DNA from: Lama guanicoe
Lineage: Eukaryota
Length of the DNA: 62,858 nt
Assembly (NCBI GenBank): GCA_013239625.1
Contig: MU053432.1
Span: forward strand, 421,422-484,279
Reading direction: 5' to 3'
Shown here: positions 19,262 through 37,045 of the stretch, in pieces
Layout of the letters: every line of letters begins with the position of its first letter
How positions within the stretch are numbered: the stretch's first letter is position 1
The notes under the pieces: generated by a model
Databases searched by the model: none
Seen by the model: the letters and a program-made list of their open reading frames with translations, nothing else
What the model was told of the DNA's origin: nothing
Made by a program: the position numbers and the translations under genes

Positions 19262-19863
19262 CGGCGCAGAAGGGACCAACAAGCAGTTTTTAGCGTGAAA
19301 CTGCTAAGGACACTTATCTAAGAAAACCGTCACTTAATAATTTCTCAGATCACTATCTGGAGGGCCACAGAGCGCCCCCAAAAGAAAGAGCCCCGTGACG
19401 ACAAATCCAACCAGTGTTTCTGGGAGGAAACAAGGTGGGGAGGGGTCTGCAGAAACTTGAATTTATTTCACTTTCTTACCATCATTCACTGCTTGACTCT
19501 TGAATCTGGCTTCTCCCACCACTACTCAAGATACTTTTTCTTATTAGAAAATCCAGTGCTGTTTTCTCAGTCCTCATCTTTCCATCTCAGTAGCATCTAC
19601 CACTCTTAATTCACTTCCTTGTGGAACTTCTTTTCCTTTCGGGTCCTTTTTCTTCTCTTAACCCTATAAGTATACTACTCTTCTTTCTCTTTTTTGGGGG
19701 GGGGGGGGGGGACTCGAACCACCCTCTTGGGTTAACCTCTACATTTCTGTTTGCCTCAAATCTCAAATCCTGTGCAATAGTCAGGATATCTACTATCAGT
19801 TTTCTCCAAATTCTACCAACACTCTTTGTACAAAATATAACTGATAATCTTACACACTCTGTA

Positions 19864-20089
19864 TAGTTGACCCTTGAACAACTGGGTTTGAACTGCAGGG
19901 GTCCTCTTATATGCCTATTTTAAAAAATAAATACATACTACAGTAGGACACTTCCTGGCTTTTTCAATCTGCGGTTGTGGAACCGTGGATTCTGGAGGGC
20001 CATCTGTAGAGTTATCCCCAGATTTTCAACTCTGCAGAGGGGTTGGGTCCCTAACCCCAACCTGACCCCCATTGTTTAAGGGTCAACTG
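19864..20089. mobile_element. Tigger2/MER8-like MITE
   Basis: TIRs TAGTTGACCCTTGAACAA...TTGTTTAAGGGTCAACTG flanked by TA dinucleotides. Confidence 0.8.
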
Positions 20090-22309
20090 TACTTGCCTCC
20101 TCCCCTGACTTCTCATTCCTTTAAAAGGCAGTTCCTCTGCTCAGCCACTTGAGTTGGAAACCACAGCATTATCTCTGGTTCTGCCCCCTCCCTTTCCTGC
20201 ATATCTAGTCAGTAAGTTCAGAATATTTCTGTCTTAAACAGAAGCTCCTGAAACGTTCTCTTCGTTCCCATTCACTCTCCTGTATCATTATTGCGTTCTC
20301 CTACCTGGTCTTTTTCCAAATCATTTTTGCTGCTGCTGCTTAATTTTATCTTTCCAAAGCACATCACTGGTTTTATATTTTACTACTAGTTGTTTCAGAG
20401 AACAGTGCCTAAAATACTTTTAGGTACTGTGCCTGAAGTGTTTTTCATACGAGGTTGTCACCCATTAATGTGAATCGTGAAATCAGTTTACAGGACTGTA
20501 TCAGAGTGTATGGCACTTGGAATGGGAAGTATTCTTTAAGCAACTTATGTTTTAAGTATATAATCATGAATATAGATAGATTATGTAAAGTGTGTGTATA
20601 TGTGTCTATGTGCATGTACTTGGTTGCAGTACAGAATTATTTCTTACCATAGGTTGTAAGAAAAAATGGTTGAGAGAAAAACTTCACCATATTCAGCTAG
20701 GCAGTCAAGGATCTCTGGGTACTTTGCCAAATACATTTCCCATAGCCCTTCTACCGCATTACTGTTCTGCTTCTCTACTTAAAAGGGTAATATCTTCAAA
20801 GGGCTGTTTTTTACCCTCCCACTTTAAAGAAAGAAATCTATCAGGAGACAGCATAGTGTAGTAAACAGCCAGAATGCCTGGGATTGAAATCCTAGCTTTT
20901 CCCTTAAGTAGCTAGGTAACTTTGGACACATTACTTAGTCTCTCAGTGCATGTTTCCTCATGTATAAAATGGGGATGGTAGTACCTACCTCATGGGACTA
21001 TTGAGAGGATTAAAAGAATTGCTACCTGTAAACTGCCTGGAACATTGGGGGAGCATGGGAGAGCCTTAGGCTATAGTAGAAAGACTACTGAACCTAGACT
21101 TGAGTTTGAGAGGTCCATAGTTAACTGGTTGTTATCTTTGGCCAGATTTAACGACACTCCTCATCTGTGGAAACCAAGATGGTTCAGACGTTGCTGTAAA
21201 CATGGATTGAGTGCTGGCACTGTGCTTCTAGGTTGTGAACTGGAGGTTGGGGCTGTTTTCTCTGTATCCCCAGCACTTTGCATAGTGTCTGATACAGAGT
21301 GTGCAAAAAATATTTGTTGAATTTACAAATATTTAGTATCAACCTTTTGACTGTAACTGATTAGTATTGGGTTACAAAGATGAATGATGGTACTTAGGTT
21401 TGTACTAAGTGCTGCAGTACCAGGTGCAATGGTAGCAAGAAAGATAAGAGAACGGACCAATCATTGGGTTTGGTGATTGTTAAATGAGTAATAAGTCTAC
21501 AAGTGGCAGTGGGGCCAGAAATCAGACTATAATGAAATAAGAAGTGGGCATGCAGCATAAATGTGTTACAGAATTTGGATGGGAGGTGTGATAATAGAAT
21601 TGCATAAGGGTGTGGAGTAGGGTTTTTTGAGAGCATAGGGGTTTGTACTTTATGAACCATCTTTTGTGCTGAGCTGTTAGTGAGAATAAGTAACCAAATC
21701 TAAGTTGCATTTCTGAGCCACCATCAAATGTGATGTTGACTCTTCTAGGTCAACGTGAGGTGCAGATGCTACCTCCTTCCTATAGCCTTCCCTAACTGGG
21801 ACACAAGCAGTCCCTCCCTAAGCGCCTTTGCTTCCTGGGTTGTAGAAAAGGACATAAGAGAAAAAGTACATGCACCACCATTATGGTCCCTTTACAGTGC
21901 ATCTAGATAAGTAATCCTAGACAGAGTGGAGATAAGACTTGTGTAAAGCCACGGGCGTTGCTTAAAGACACCACTAGAACAGATCTTAGGGTCCCTCTTG
22001 GGTCCACTTCATTTCATTACGAAAGAAAGCATAGCTGTGGACAATTTATGATCCAGCTTGATTTAGGTACACCTGGGTTCCAAGCTAGCCACTTCGCGGT
22101 TCTGTGGCCAGGGCCAAGTTACCAGAACTTTCTAGACCAGTTTGCAGCCACCTAGTTAGGGCGAGGTGAGGAGCAGTAAAGTATAAAACACTCAAGACTG
22201 CGTCCCAGGCTCTTAATCTGTAGTCGTTATTAAAACAACAACAACAACAACAACAAAACAAAGAGGCAAGTGCGAGATTGATTTTTCCTACTAGTCGTGT
22301 GAACGCCAA

Positions 22310-22574
22310 ATAATCGCAGATCCAGTCGGGTCGGCCCTCCTAAAACGAGGCCTACACCAACGCCGGCGACGACGGTTCCGGGGTCTGGGGCTTAACCTGA
22401 CGTGGCGGGGCGGGGCTTCCGGCGAGAGGCGGAAGCGGAGCGGGAGGCGCGGGCCCGCAGGTGCGACTGACATCAGTGGTCGCCCAGGCACTACGGGCAT
22501 CCCAGGGAGGCGAGGTAGAGCCGGGCTCCGTTGCCGCCTCTCCCGGACCCCGCGACGCCGACCTGCGTGCCAGG
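22310..22574 (+). promoter_or_regulatory. MOGS CpG-island promoter
   Basis: CpG-rich, with TGACGTGG at 22398-22405, tandem GC boxes and ETS cores (CTTCCGG, CGGAAG). Confidence 0.75.
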
Positions 22575-26046
<3,472 letters not shown>

Positions 26047-26644
26047 GGGTGGATGGAGGATGGGAGGGGAGCCAGGCCCCTTGTGCACTCTGGACTAGAG
26101 GGACAAGGTCTCTCACTTGTGCCCCCCACCCTCACATACCAGTGCTTCAGACCCTCAGCAGCTCATCTCAGGTGTCTCCTTACTGTCATCCCACATAGCC
26201 CTGGGGTGAATGTGAATGCAGAGTCTATTTTTCTAAATAAACTGGAAAACATGCCAAACTCTCCCTTTTGCCAGCTTTGCCTCACCAGGAGGTCTTAGCC
26301 TGGTCCAGGCCTTAGGGCTGCCTGCTTTCCTTCAGAGAAGGTGGGGAAAGTGGCTACCAGCTGTCCCCTCCAAACCTAGTTAGGTCAAGTGCAATGCAGT
26401 GAGTCCAGCACTAGTCCACCCAAGTCCACAAGCAGCTGGTTCACATCTCTTTAATGAGATCAAAGGCTCCTGTGTGTGTCTTAGGGGGTAGAGCTAGCAC
26501 AGTCCCCCCAGCACTGCCCTTCGTGGGACTCCAGTCCTTTCCAGCAGGTTCTAGGAGGGCAGGGAGAGGCCAAGGAGAGCTCAGAGAGTTGGGACCAGGG
26601 CTGTTTCTGGTGGGGAAGGAACCCACCCACCCTCCCAAAACTGT

Positions 26645-28704
<2,060 letters not shown>

Positions 28705-29442
28705 GCTTCCACCTACAGCCCCCTGAAGACCACAGCCTCCTCTACCGCCAGCTGCCCCGCCCCTGCCACCTCTGCCGCCACCACCATGGCCCCAGTCCGG
28801 CCCATCTTCGCTGCTGCCACCATCATTCCACGACCGGAGCTTCCATCCTGTGAGACCTCTGCCAACTAGCGCCCAGGTTGTTCTGTCCTACCAATCTGCA
28901 TCATGCTCTGACAGGCGGGCCAATAGGAAGGATTACAGGCCTCTCCCTGTGACCAATCTGCAGCAGCGCCTCCACCACTCTCCCAGACAACAAGAGCTTG
29001 CATACACAAAGAGTGGGGCAAGGTTCGACCCAGCGCCCTGATTGACAGCGACAGCAGCCAATACAGACAACAGAACAGATTCTGAGCTATCAACCAATGA
29101 ACGGCCGTCCAGAACAGCGAAGTATCCACTGATTGGTTCAAACCCTATTTTCGGGATGATGCCAAACGCCCGACCACGCCAGGTAGTCCCGCTGGAAGAG
29201 GCGGGGTCCCAAAAGTCCGCTGGACTCTGGAATCGGAGCAGCTACTCTTCTTGGGCCTGGTGGGCCTTTCCCAGGCGTCGACGCAAGCTCTCGTGGGGGC
29301 AAGACGTGTGCACAGGGAATTGGCCTGCCCAACCCCCAACCCCCCAATTCTGTACAAGTCAAGGCATCGGAGGACTTTTAATAGGTTGGGGAAGACACTG
29401 AAACCTGGGGAGAAGGCGCACAGTCCGGGTTGGGTGAGGGCC

Positions 29443-32203
29443 TTAAGTAGCCAAAAGTGGGGATCCAGGGCCCTCAGGCCCACCCAGCCGCATCTGCAGG
29501 TTGATGCGGTAACACTGAAGGCTGCAGAGTGCCTGGCCCGTGCGGGAGCAGGCATAGCGGCGCGGATGGGGGCAGCCGGGAACAGAGCATCGAGGAGGAG
29601 GGCCAGGTGGGGATGGCCTTGGAGACACAGGCGCGGGGGCAGGGACGCCAGGTGGGAAGGAAAGGGTGGAACCCTGTGCCCCACTGCTGTAGCGCACCAT
29701 AGGGGCCGGGGCTGCAGCCCGCCCTCCCCGCCGCTCGCCCCGGGTGGCCCCTCGGCCTCCCCGGCCGCTGGGCGCTGCAGTCTTGGTGAGGCGCTCGATA
29801 GTCTGGTTCTTGTGCTCCTCCGCCCGCCGCGCTGCCTGCAGCCGCCTCTTCCGAGCCCGCTCCTCGCGCTTCAGCAGCATCTCCTCGGTGAGGGCGGGGG
29901 CTGGGCAGACCCCAGCCACAGGCAGTGACAGCATGGGGGAAGGCTGACTCCTTGCCTTCTGTAGCAGAGCTCGCTGGGGAGAGACAAATAAGATGATGTC
30001 AGAAAATGGAGAAGCGGGGTCCGCCTGAACGGAGGAGGGGGAAGAGGGGACATGGAGAGCAGGCCTTGAGAAAAGGGGTGGACTGAGCACCCTCTCCAGG
30101 AAGCCCTTAATATGGCCTCCTCCCAGGTCTCCAGACTTCACCTTTAGATCTCTGACTCTCAAAGGGAAAAGCACTAGCAATTAATGTTACCTCCTTGCTC
30201 TGCATACCAAAACTCTGTACCAGCTTTCTGTTGTTGTTTTAAATCTTTTTATCTCAACGGATAGCATCAGTTGGATAACTGCTCAAAGTCCAAAACTCAG
30301 AGTTATCCTTAATTCCTCTCCTTCCCTCAACAAGTGTCTATTTCCAAAATATATCCAGGATGCATATGATTTTCTCCATCTCCATGACTTCACCTTGGTT
30401 CAAGCCACCACTGTCTCTTATCTGACTACTTCAACAGCTTCCTAGCTGTCCTTGATTCTAACCATTACCCCCTCTGAGAAACTAAAGTGATCTACTGAAA
30501 TTAAATCAAATATATCACTTCTCTGCATACAGCCCTTTCGTGGTAATCACAGTTGTTTTAAAAAACAGTATAGTCAGTAAGTATAGTCAGTCTACAATGT
30601 GTCAATTTCTGGTGTGCAGCATAATGTTTCAGTCCTACATATACAAACATATATTCGTTTTACGCTTATTCTTCTTCTTGACCATAATTAGGCACGTTCC
30701 ACTCTCAGGGTCTTTGCCCTTGTTGATCTCTCTGCCTGAAAAGCCTCTCTGGTCTTGGAAATGTTATCTCTTTAGAGATACGTTGTTTCTTTTCTACTAC
30801 TTTCTATTTCATCGTCCTATTTTTGTTATACACCTTACAGTTTTTCAAATTATTTATTTGCTTATTTATACCCCCAGCGTGCGCGCGCGCGCACACACAC
30901 ACACACACACAAATACAAAATACCAACTCCATGAGAACAGAAACTCTGTCTTCTCTCCACTGCCAATATCCCCTCTGCCTACCAAAGTTCTCAGGACATG
31001 GAAAGTTCTCAATACATATTGGGCAAGTGAATCAAGAATGAACCAACTTACCTGTCTAGCAGTGAGCAGCCGTTCATTGATCTCCTTCTTGAGATCTCCA
31101 TTGTCATCCAGCTCCCCCTTCTCCAAGGCATCCAGCCACCTCTGTTCTTCCTCTTCCTCCTGACCCCCTAAGCTCCCCGACAGGTCCCGAAGTGGGGAGG
31201 GGGACAGATTACTGTCTTCATCTGGAAAGGAAAGTTGGAGAGCTAAAAGAGGAACTGTTCAGATGGAGAACCCCAATTTGGGCAATACTGGGACACTCAA
31301 AATTCTCACCTTCCTCAGAACTACACCTCTTCCCCTAACCAGGTATAATGAGAAACCCAGTTTCCCCACCTCCAGATCCCGTCTCACCCAGCCAGGCACG
31401 GTACTGCTCAAGGGGGACTCCTTCCACAGGTTCCTCTTCATTGTCCACAACCATAAGGGGAGAGGGTGAGCGAGGGCCCTCAGGGATCACAGTGAAGGTA
31501 GGAACGCTGCAGAGAAGCAACCACTCTGTAAGCTGAGCAATCATCTCTTCCTTCTCAGTACATCTAGCCTTCCCTACACCCTCTTAGGTTCTTGCCGCAT
31601 TAACCTGGTCCCTGAAGTCACAGCGTCCATTTCCTGCCTTCTGGAAAGCCCAACCAGCTTCTTCTTCTCTGTCTACCTGCTCCTAAAGACCCCAAGCAAA
31701 ACCTTGGCTCTCCTGGCTCACCTCTTGGTGCCCAGGACCTGCCCGCCCAGCTTGATTTTAAGTTTGAGCTGGGGCTTGGCAGGAGACGGCTGTGTGGGCC
31801 CAGCCTCCTCTTCCTGGTAGTGTTTCTTCTTGTGTTTCTTCTTGTGCTTCTTGTGCTTCTTCTTGTGCACTCCGTGGCCGTGAGCACCCGCCAGACTCAA
31901 CTCCAGGGCTTCCCCTGCGGAAGGAGAGCCTGTCAATGGTGTACAGCTGCAGCGGGGCAGGAAAAGCCCTGAAGAACCCAGCACCCTTGAGGGGGCTTGG
32001 TCTTCCCGCGGTACACGCTGTTACCATAACAACAGCCCCGCCTTTCTCCTTCCCACCTGTGGCGAGGTACCCACGAAGCTCCGAGGAGCAAGAAGGGGAC
32101 TCCTTTCCTGTGAAGGCCTAAGTTGCTTTATCTACCCGAGCTTACCCGGCTCGGGGACCTCCATAGCCCCAGAGGTGCTCCCGCGCCGCCACAGCTTACT
32201 CAT
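29443..32203 (-). CDS. INO80B: INO80 complex subunit B (5 exons, 356 aa from the second ATG)
   Basis: Exons (minus) 32146-32203, 31722-31914, 31388-31506, 31052-31221, 29443-29973. Motifs MSKLWRRGSTSGAME, HKKKHKKHKKKHKKKH, PAPA-1 region EEMLLKREERARKRR, zf-HIT CSVPGCPHPRRYACSRTGQALCSLQCY. Confidence 0.96.
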
Positions 32204-34015
32204 GGGGCCCAGCAAGGAAAGGGGGCTGGAAATAGTTGGGACACAGGCAGACATACCTTTTCCGCCCCGCGGAAGAACTGATTCCAGCAAATATCGCTCT
32301 ACATCCGGTGTGTAGCGACCATACTTGTGCGGGGCACGCTCTGCAGCTAAAAACCCTCCCGGAGAAACAACAGTCCTTCTAACAAGAGTTCCGCGCCCTC
32401 TGAGGCCGGGACCGCTCAAAGGGGCGCGGCTTTCTGCTCGCTCCGCCTCCCCACAGTCGTGATCCGAACTCACAGCTGGCGATTCAATTATTATTACACT
32501 CAGGCGTGGTGAGCGTATATTCCGGACCAAATCTGGGGCTAGGCTATGAGGATACAAAGATGAATACGAACGCTTCGGTCTGCCTTTGAGGAGTTAACAG
32601 TTCGGCGGAGGAATTAGAAACTATATTGACGGCAAAATGGCAAAAGGGCTTAACATCACAGGTGCCCTACAAGCAGGGCAAATGGTATTTCAGCCTAAAT
32701 TCTCATCAATAGAGAAATGGATAAATGAATTGTGGTGCGTCTATCTAATCTGGAACACCATGTTGCTAACAAAGGCTAAGAAGTGATAAGTAATTGATGA
32801 GATTGTGCCAACTAAAAATTGGCACTTGCCATGTACCCCTGCTTGAATTAAATCATGAGCCTCTGCAGCTGTTGACCTCCAGCACTCCCTGAAAGGAGTT
32901 CAGTTGACATGGAATTTAAGTCCTATTGAGTAATAGCATTGGAAACAAAGTGTGCCTCTAATGAGGCACCAAAGTGATTTGGTACATGGATTTGATACAT
33001 CCATACAATGGGAACTATGCTGCTACTAAAAGAAATGAGGCCCCAGAAGGCTACCCAAGAAACTGGTGACAGCCATCCGATGGATGGTTGGGGTAATGAG
33101 GGTGAGGGGAGACGTTCTTCATAATATTTTGTGCCTACTGAACTCTGTACAAAATGTGCATGTTTTACCTAATTTGAAAAAAAAAGGAACAAGGTAGGTC
33201 TGTATGTGCTAACATATGAAGTAAGAAAAGCAAGTTTCAAGATGATGTGATCCCACTTTGTGCTGCACACCAGAAACTGACACATTGTAACTGACTGCAC
33301 TTCAATTTTAAAAAAGTCACCTAGATGGATAATAAATTATTAAAATTTTTTAAAAGATGATGTGATCCCATTTTAAAAGGCATATTGTGCTACTACATAC
33401 ATAACAAAAAATTGAGGAATGTATACTATACCGTAAATGGTGATTATCTTTAGAAGCTAAAGTTGGGAAACTTTCACTGTGTAGATCCGTAGTGAATATC
33501 CTTTCCTTTCCTTTTTTTATTTTAAAATATTGCTTAGTGTTTTTTAAAATGAATTTTCTCACAGCCAATTTATATCATAGTTATATTTAGAAAAAAGCAC
33601 CACCTATATACAGATATATAAATATGTATGAGATGCATGTCTGAACAAGGTAGCAGCAGGGAGCAAAATAAGGGATGAACTGATTCCAGAGACACTTCAT
33701 TGATGAAATTTTAAGAAGTTCATGAACAATTATATATGAAAATTAAGGAAGAACTCAGTGTAGTTTAGTGATTAAGATTAAGAGAATGAACTTTGGAGTC
33801 AGATAAGCCTATTATCAAATCCTATTTTATTGGCTGTGTAACCTTGGGCTCAAAGTAACTTAAGCTCTCTGAACCTCATATTCCAGCTTTGTAAAATGGA
33901 ATGAAGTTGGACCCACTTCACAGGGCTCTTTCAAGGAATAAACCAAATCAAGAATGCAAAGTTGTATCTGGCACAGAAGGTTTTCAGTAAGCAAACAACA
34001 GCAATAAAAGACTGC

Positions 34016-34125
34016 TAAAGATACATGCACCCCAGTGTTAACAGCACCACCATTTACAATAGCCAAAACATGGAAGCAACATAAATGTCCATCAACAGAT
34101 GACTGGATAAAGAAGTTGTGGTGTA

Positions 34126-34161
<36 letters not shown>

Positions 34162-34660
34162 GGAATACTACTCAGCCATAAAAAGAAGAAAATAATGCCA
34201 TTTGCAGCAACATAGATGGACCTGGAGATTGTCATACGAAGTGAAGTAAGCCAGAAAGAGAAAGAAAACTACGATAAGATATCACTTAGATGTGGAACTT
34301 TAAAAAATGACACAAATGAACTTATTCACAACACAGAAACAGACTCACCAACATAGAAAATAAATTTATGGTTACGGGGGTGGGGGAAGAGGGCTGGAGG
34401 GATAAACTGAGAGTTCAGGGTTTGCAGATATTAACTGCTATGTATAAAATAGATAAACAACAAGGTCCTACTGTAGAGCACAGGAAACTATATTCAATAC
34501 CTTGTAATAGCCTATAATGAAAAAGAATATGAAAAGGAATATATATATATACACACCTATATATAACTGATTGACTATGCTATATACCAGAAACTAACAA
34601 AACATTGTAAACCAACTATACTTCAATTTAAATAAATAAATAATAAATAAATATAAATAA
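34016..34660 (+). mobile_element. 5'-truncated L1 (ORF2 end plus 3'UTR and A-rich tail)
   Basis: GATACATGCACCCCAGTGTT...ATGGAATACTACTCAGCCATAAAAAG...AGTGAAGTAAGCCAGAAAGAGAAAG...(AATA)n tail, with an internal (TG)n(TA)n tract. Confidence 0.88.
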
Positions 34661-35564
34661 CTTCTACGTTTCTAGCCCAAGTATTAGAGGGAACACAGTG
34701 TTTTAAATAAAGAAGAGAACATAGGAAGAGAAGCGAGTGAGAAGATAATCACTTAATGTTGCCCAAGATGAATTTGAGATGTGTGTGGGAATGCCCAGAT
34801 GCAGATGGAATGCTCAAAGAAGAAGTCAGTGGAGAAGGTGTGAGTTGGGGGCTTCATTAGTTTAAAAATGGAGGTTCCCCCTGAAAGGATGGGAATAGAT
34901 GAGACATTCCAGAATGAGGAAGAAGATGAAGAGAAAAGGACCAGGAGCAAATCCAAGTGGGCACCTGTCCTGAACAGGCAGGCAGAGGGTCCAGGCAGGG
35001 TTGAGAAGAGGTCAAAAGAGGCAAGAAAGTGCCCATAGGGCAGACAGTATCAGCAAAACAAGGCTGTGCCCAGCTGTGTACAGTTCTGCAAAAGCTAGGC
35101 TAAGCTCCAAGAACAGGATGCATTCCAGCAGGATGTGAAGGCAATAGTCCTATATTACCAGGAGTTAAAGTGAAGGATCACCTGCAGTTAGTATTTGTTG
35201 AACATACTAGAATTTATAACCGACTTTCGTATCTTTTCCCTCACTTGATCCCCATGGCAGCTCGGTAAGGGAGACATTATTGTTCCCTCCCGAGAAAAGA
35301 GAGGCTCAGGGCGGTTAAATTATTTGGCCAGAGTCACATGGTTAGGGAGTGGCAGAGCCAGCACCAAACAGGCTTCCTGACACCAGGCCCAGTGTTGTTT
35401 CCTCAGCATCCTGATGTCCAGCAGGGAGGAAATGGTGACAGTAACTAGCCACAGGCTTCATTATTTTGTTTTGATTTTTGTTTTGCTTTGTTTACTTGCG
35501 AGAGATTTGAGCAGGATTGTAGGTTGAAAGGAAAAACTTTGTCCTTCTGAAAAAGTTCTTAGCT

Positions 35565-36450
35565 TTATTTTTTAAATACAATTTATTTTGAAATAATTTC
35601 AAACTTTCAGAAAACTTGCAAGAAGGGTACAAAGAACTCTCTTAGCTCCCTAAATCAGATTCTACAATCATTAACTTTTACTATTCCCTCTCTGTTATCA
35701 TTATTCCTTTTCTGATCAATCTGAGAACAAGTTGCAGACATGATGCCATTTCATCCCAAATATTTCACTGTGTACTGCCTCAAAAACAAGTACACAGTTC
35801 TATAACTTTTGTGCAGTTAATTGGGAAATTAACACTGATACAATATTATCATCCAATTCACAGATCCCATTCAAATTTCAGCCACTGCCCTATGTCTCCT
35901 TTTCTTTTCTAGGTCAGGATCCAAATCCAGAATCAAGTGTTACATTTCTTCATCGTATATCTTTGATTTGCTTTAATCTAGAACGTTTCCTCATTCTTTC
36001 TCTATCTTTTGTGACTTTGACAGTCTTAAAGAGTATAGGACTTTGACTTGCAGTATGGTCCAAATCTGGATCCGTCTGGATTCCTCAAGTCTAGACTTCT
36101 AATCCTTGGCAGGAGTACTAATCAGAAAATATTATGCTATGTTTCTCTCAGTGTATCATATCAGGTGTCTCTCACATTGTGTGATTTTATTTCAGTCGAC
36201 ACTTCCACCCACCAGGCGTACGTAATATCCATTGGTGAATACTGCATGAATCAGTTCTATTGTGATAATGGCACATGACATCAGCTTATACTGCCACTGA
36301 TTATGCTAACCTGGATCACCTACCTGGTCAAGGTGGTGTCTCCCCATTTTCTCCACCACAAAGTAACCATTTTCAACTATTTAATTAGTGAGTATTTTTC
36401 TAGGGAAATACTCTGAAACTATTCTGATATCCAGTTCCCCATCAAACTTC
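35565..36450 (-). mobile_element. Old L1 (L1MC4/5-like) 3' end; resumes at about 36957-37040 after an LTR insertion
   Basis: TTTATTTTGAAATAATTTCAAACTT...GGGAAATTAACACTGATACAAT... The host reads ATCAAACTTC|CACCCACC across the LTR. Confidence 0.7.
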
Positions 36451-36956
36451 TGCTAACTAAAAACTGGCACTTGCCCTCTGCCTCTCCAAGGATTGGATCA
36501 CGTTGGCACTTGCCATCTAACTCTGCTTGGATTAAATCATGAGCTGTTGCAGCCACTGACCTCCAACACTCCCTGAAAGGAGTTCAGGATGGAAATCAGG
36601 AATGAGGCGCTCTGTGCTCTGGGAAAACTGGCTGAACAGGCCTTCAGATAGTTAGATATTTTCAGAAGGTTTTATGAGCCCAAATTCTTGCATCTCCTCA
36701 TATCTAGAAAAGCACTAAAATCATTAACGGTGACATCTGCTCCTCGTGACTAGCAGCAGCCTCTGCCTAAGTGTGTGCTTGACTGCATGTATCCCCCTTC
36801 ACTGAAATCATATATAGTACTGAGTTTCCCCCTGCCTCTTTGGAACAGTTTGTCAGAGCTTTCCGAAATGCTGTGTCCCAGGCTACAGTCCCCGTTTTGC
36901 CCCAAATAAAACTTAACCCACAACTCTCACGTTGTGTGATTTTATTTCAGTTGATA
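36451..36956 (+). mobile_element. Solo ERV1-class LTR
   Basis: Termini TGCTAACTAAAAA...TTTCAGTTGATA, 4-bp TSD CTTC on both sides, internal AATAAA near 36905. Confidence 0.8.
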
Positions 36957-37045
36957 CTTCCACCCACCAGGCATAATATCCATTGATGAATACTGTATGA
37001 ATCAATTCGATTGTAATAATTGCCAAGTGATGATCTATCTACTTC

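Noticed and set aside
29251..29928. 225-aa plus-strand ORF
   Set aside because: It is antisense to the GC-rich last exon of INO80B and has no ATG start or domain.
30540..31163. 207-aa hydrophobic ORF
   Set aside because: It runs through L1/L2 fragments, a (CG)/(CA) microsatellite and the antisense strand of INO80B exon 4.
33241..33370. 15-bp direct repeat GATGATGTGATCCCA about 115 bp apart
   Set aside because: Explained as the TSD of a very short L1 3'-tail insertion.
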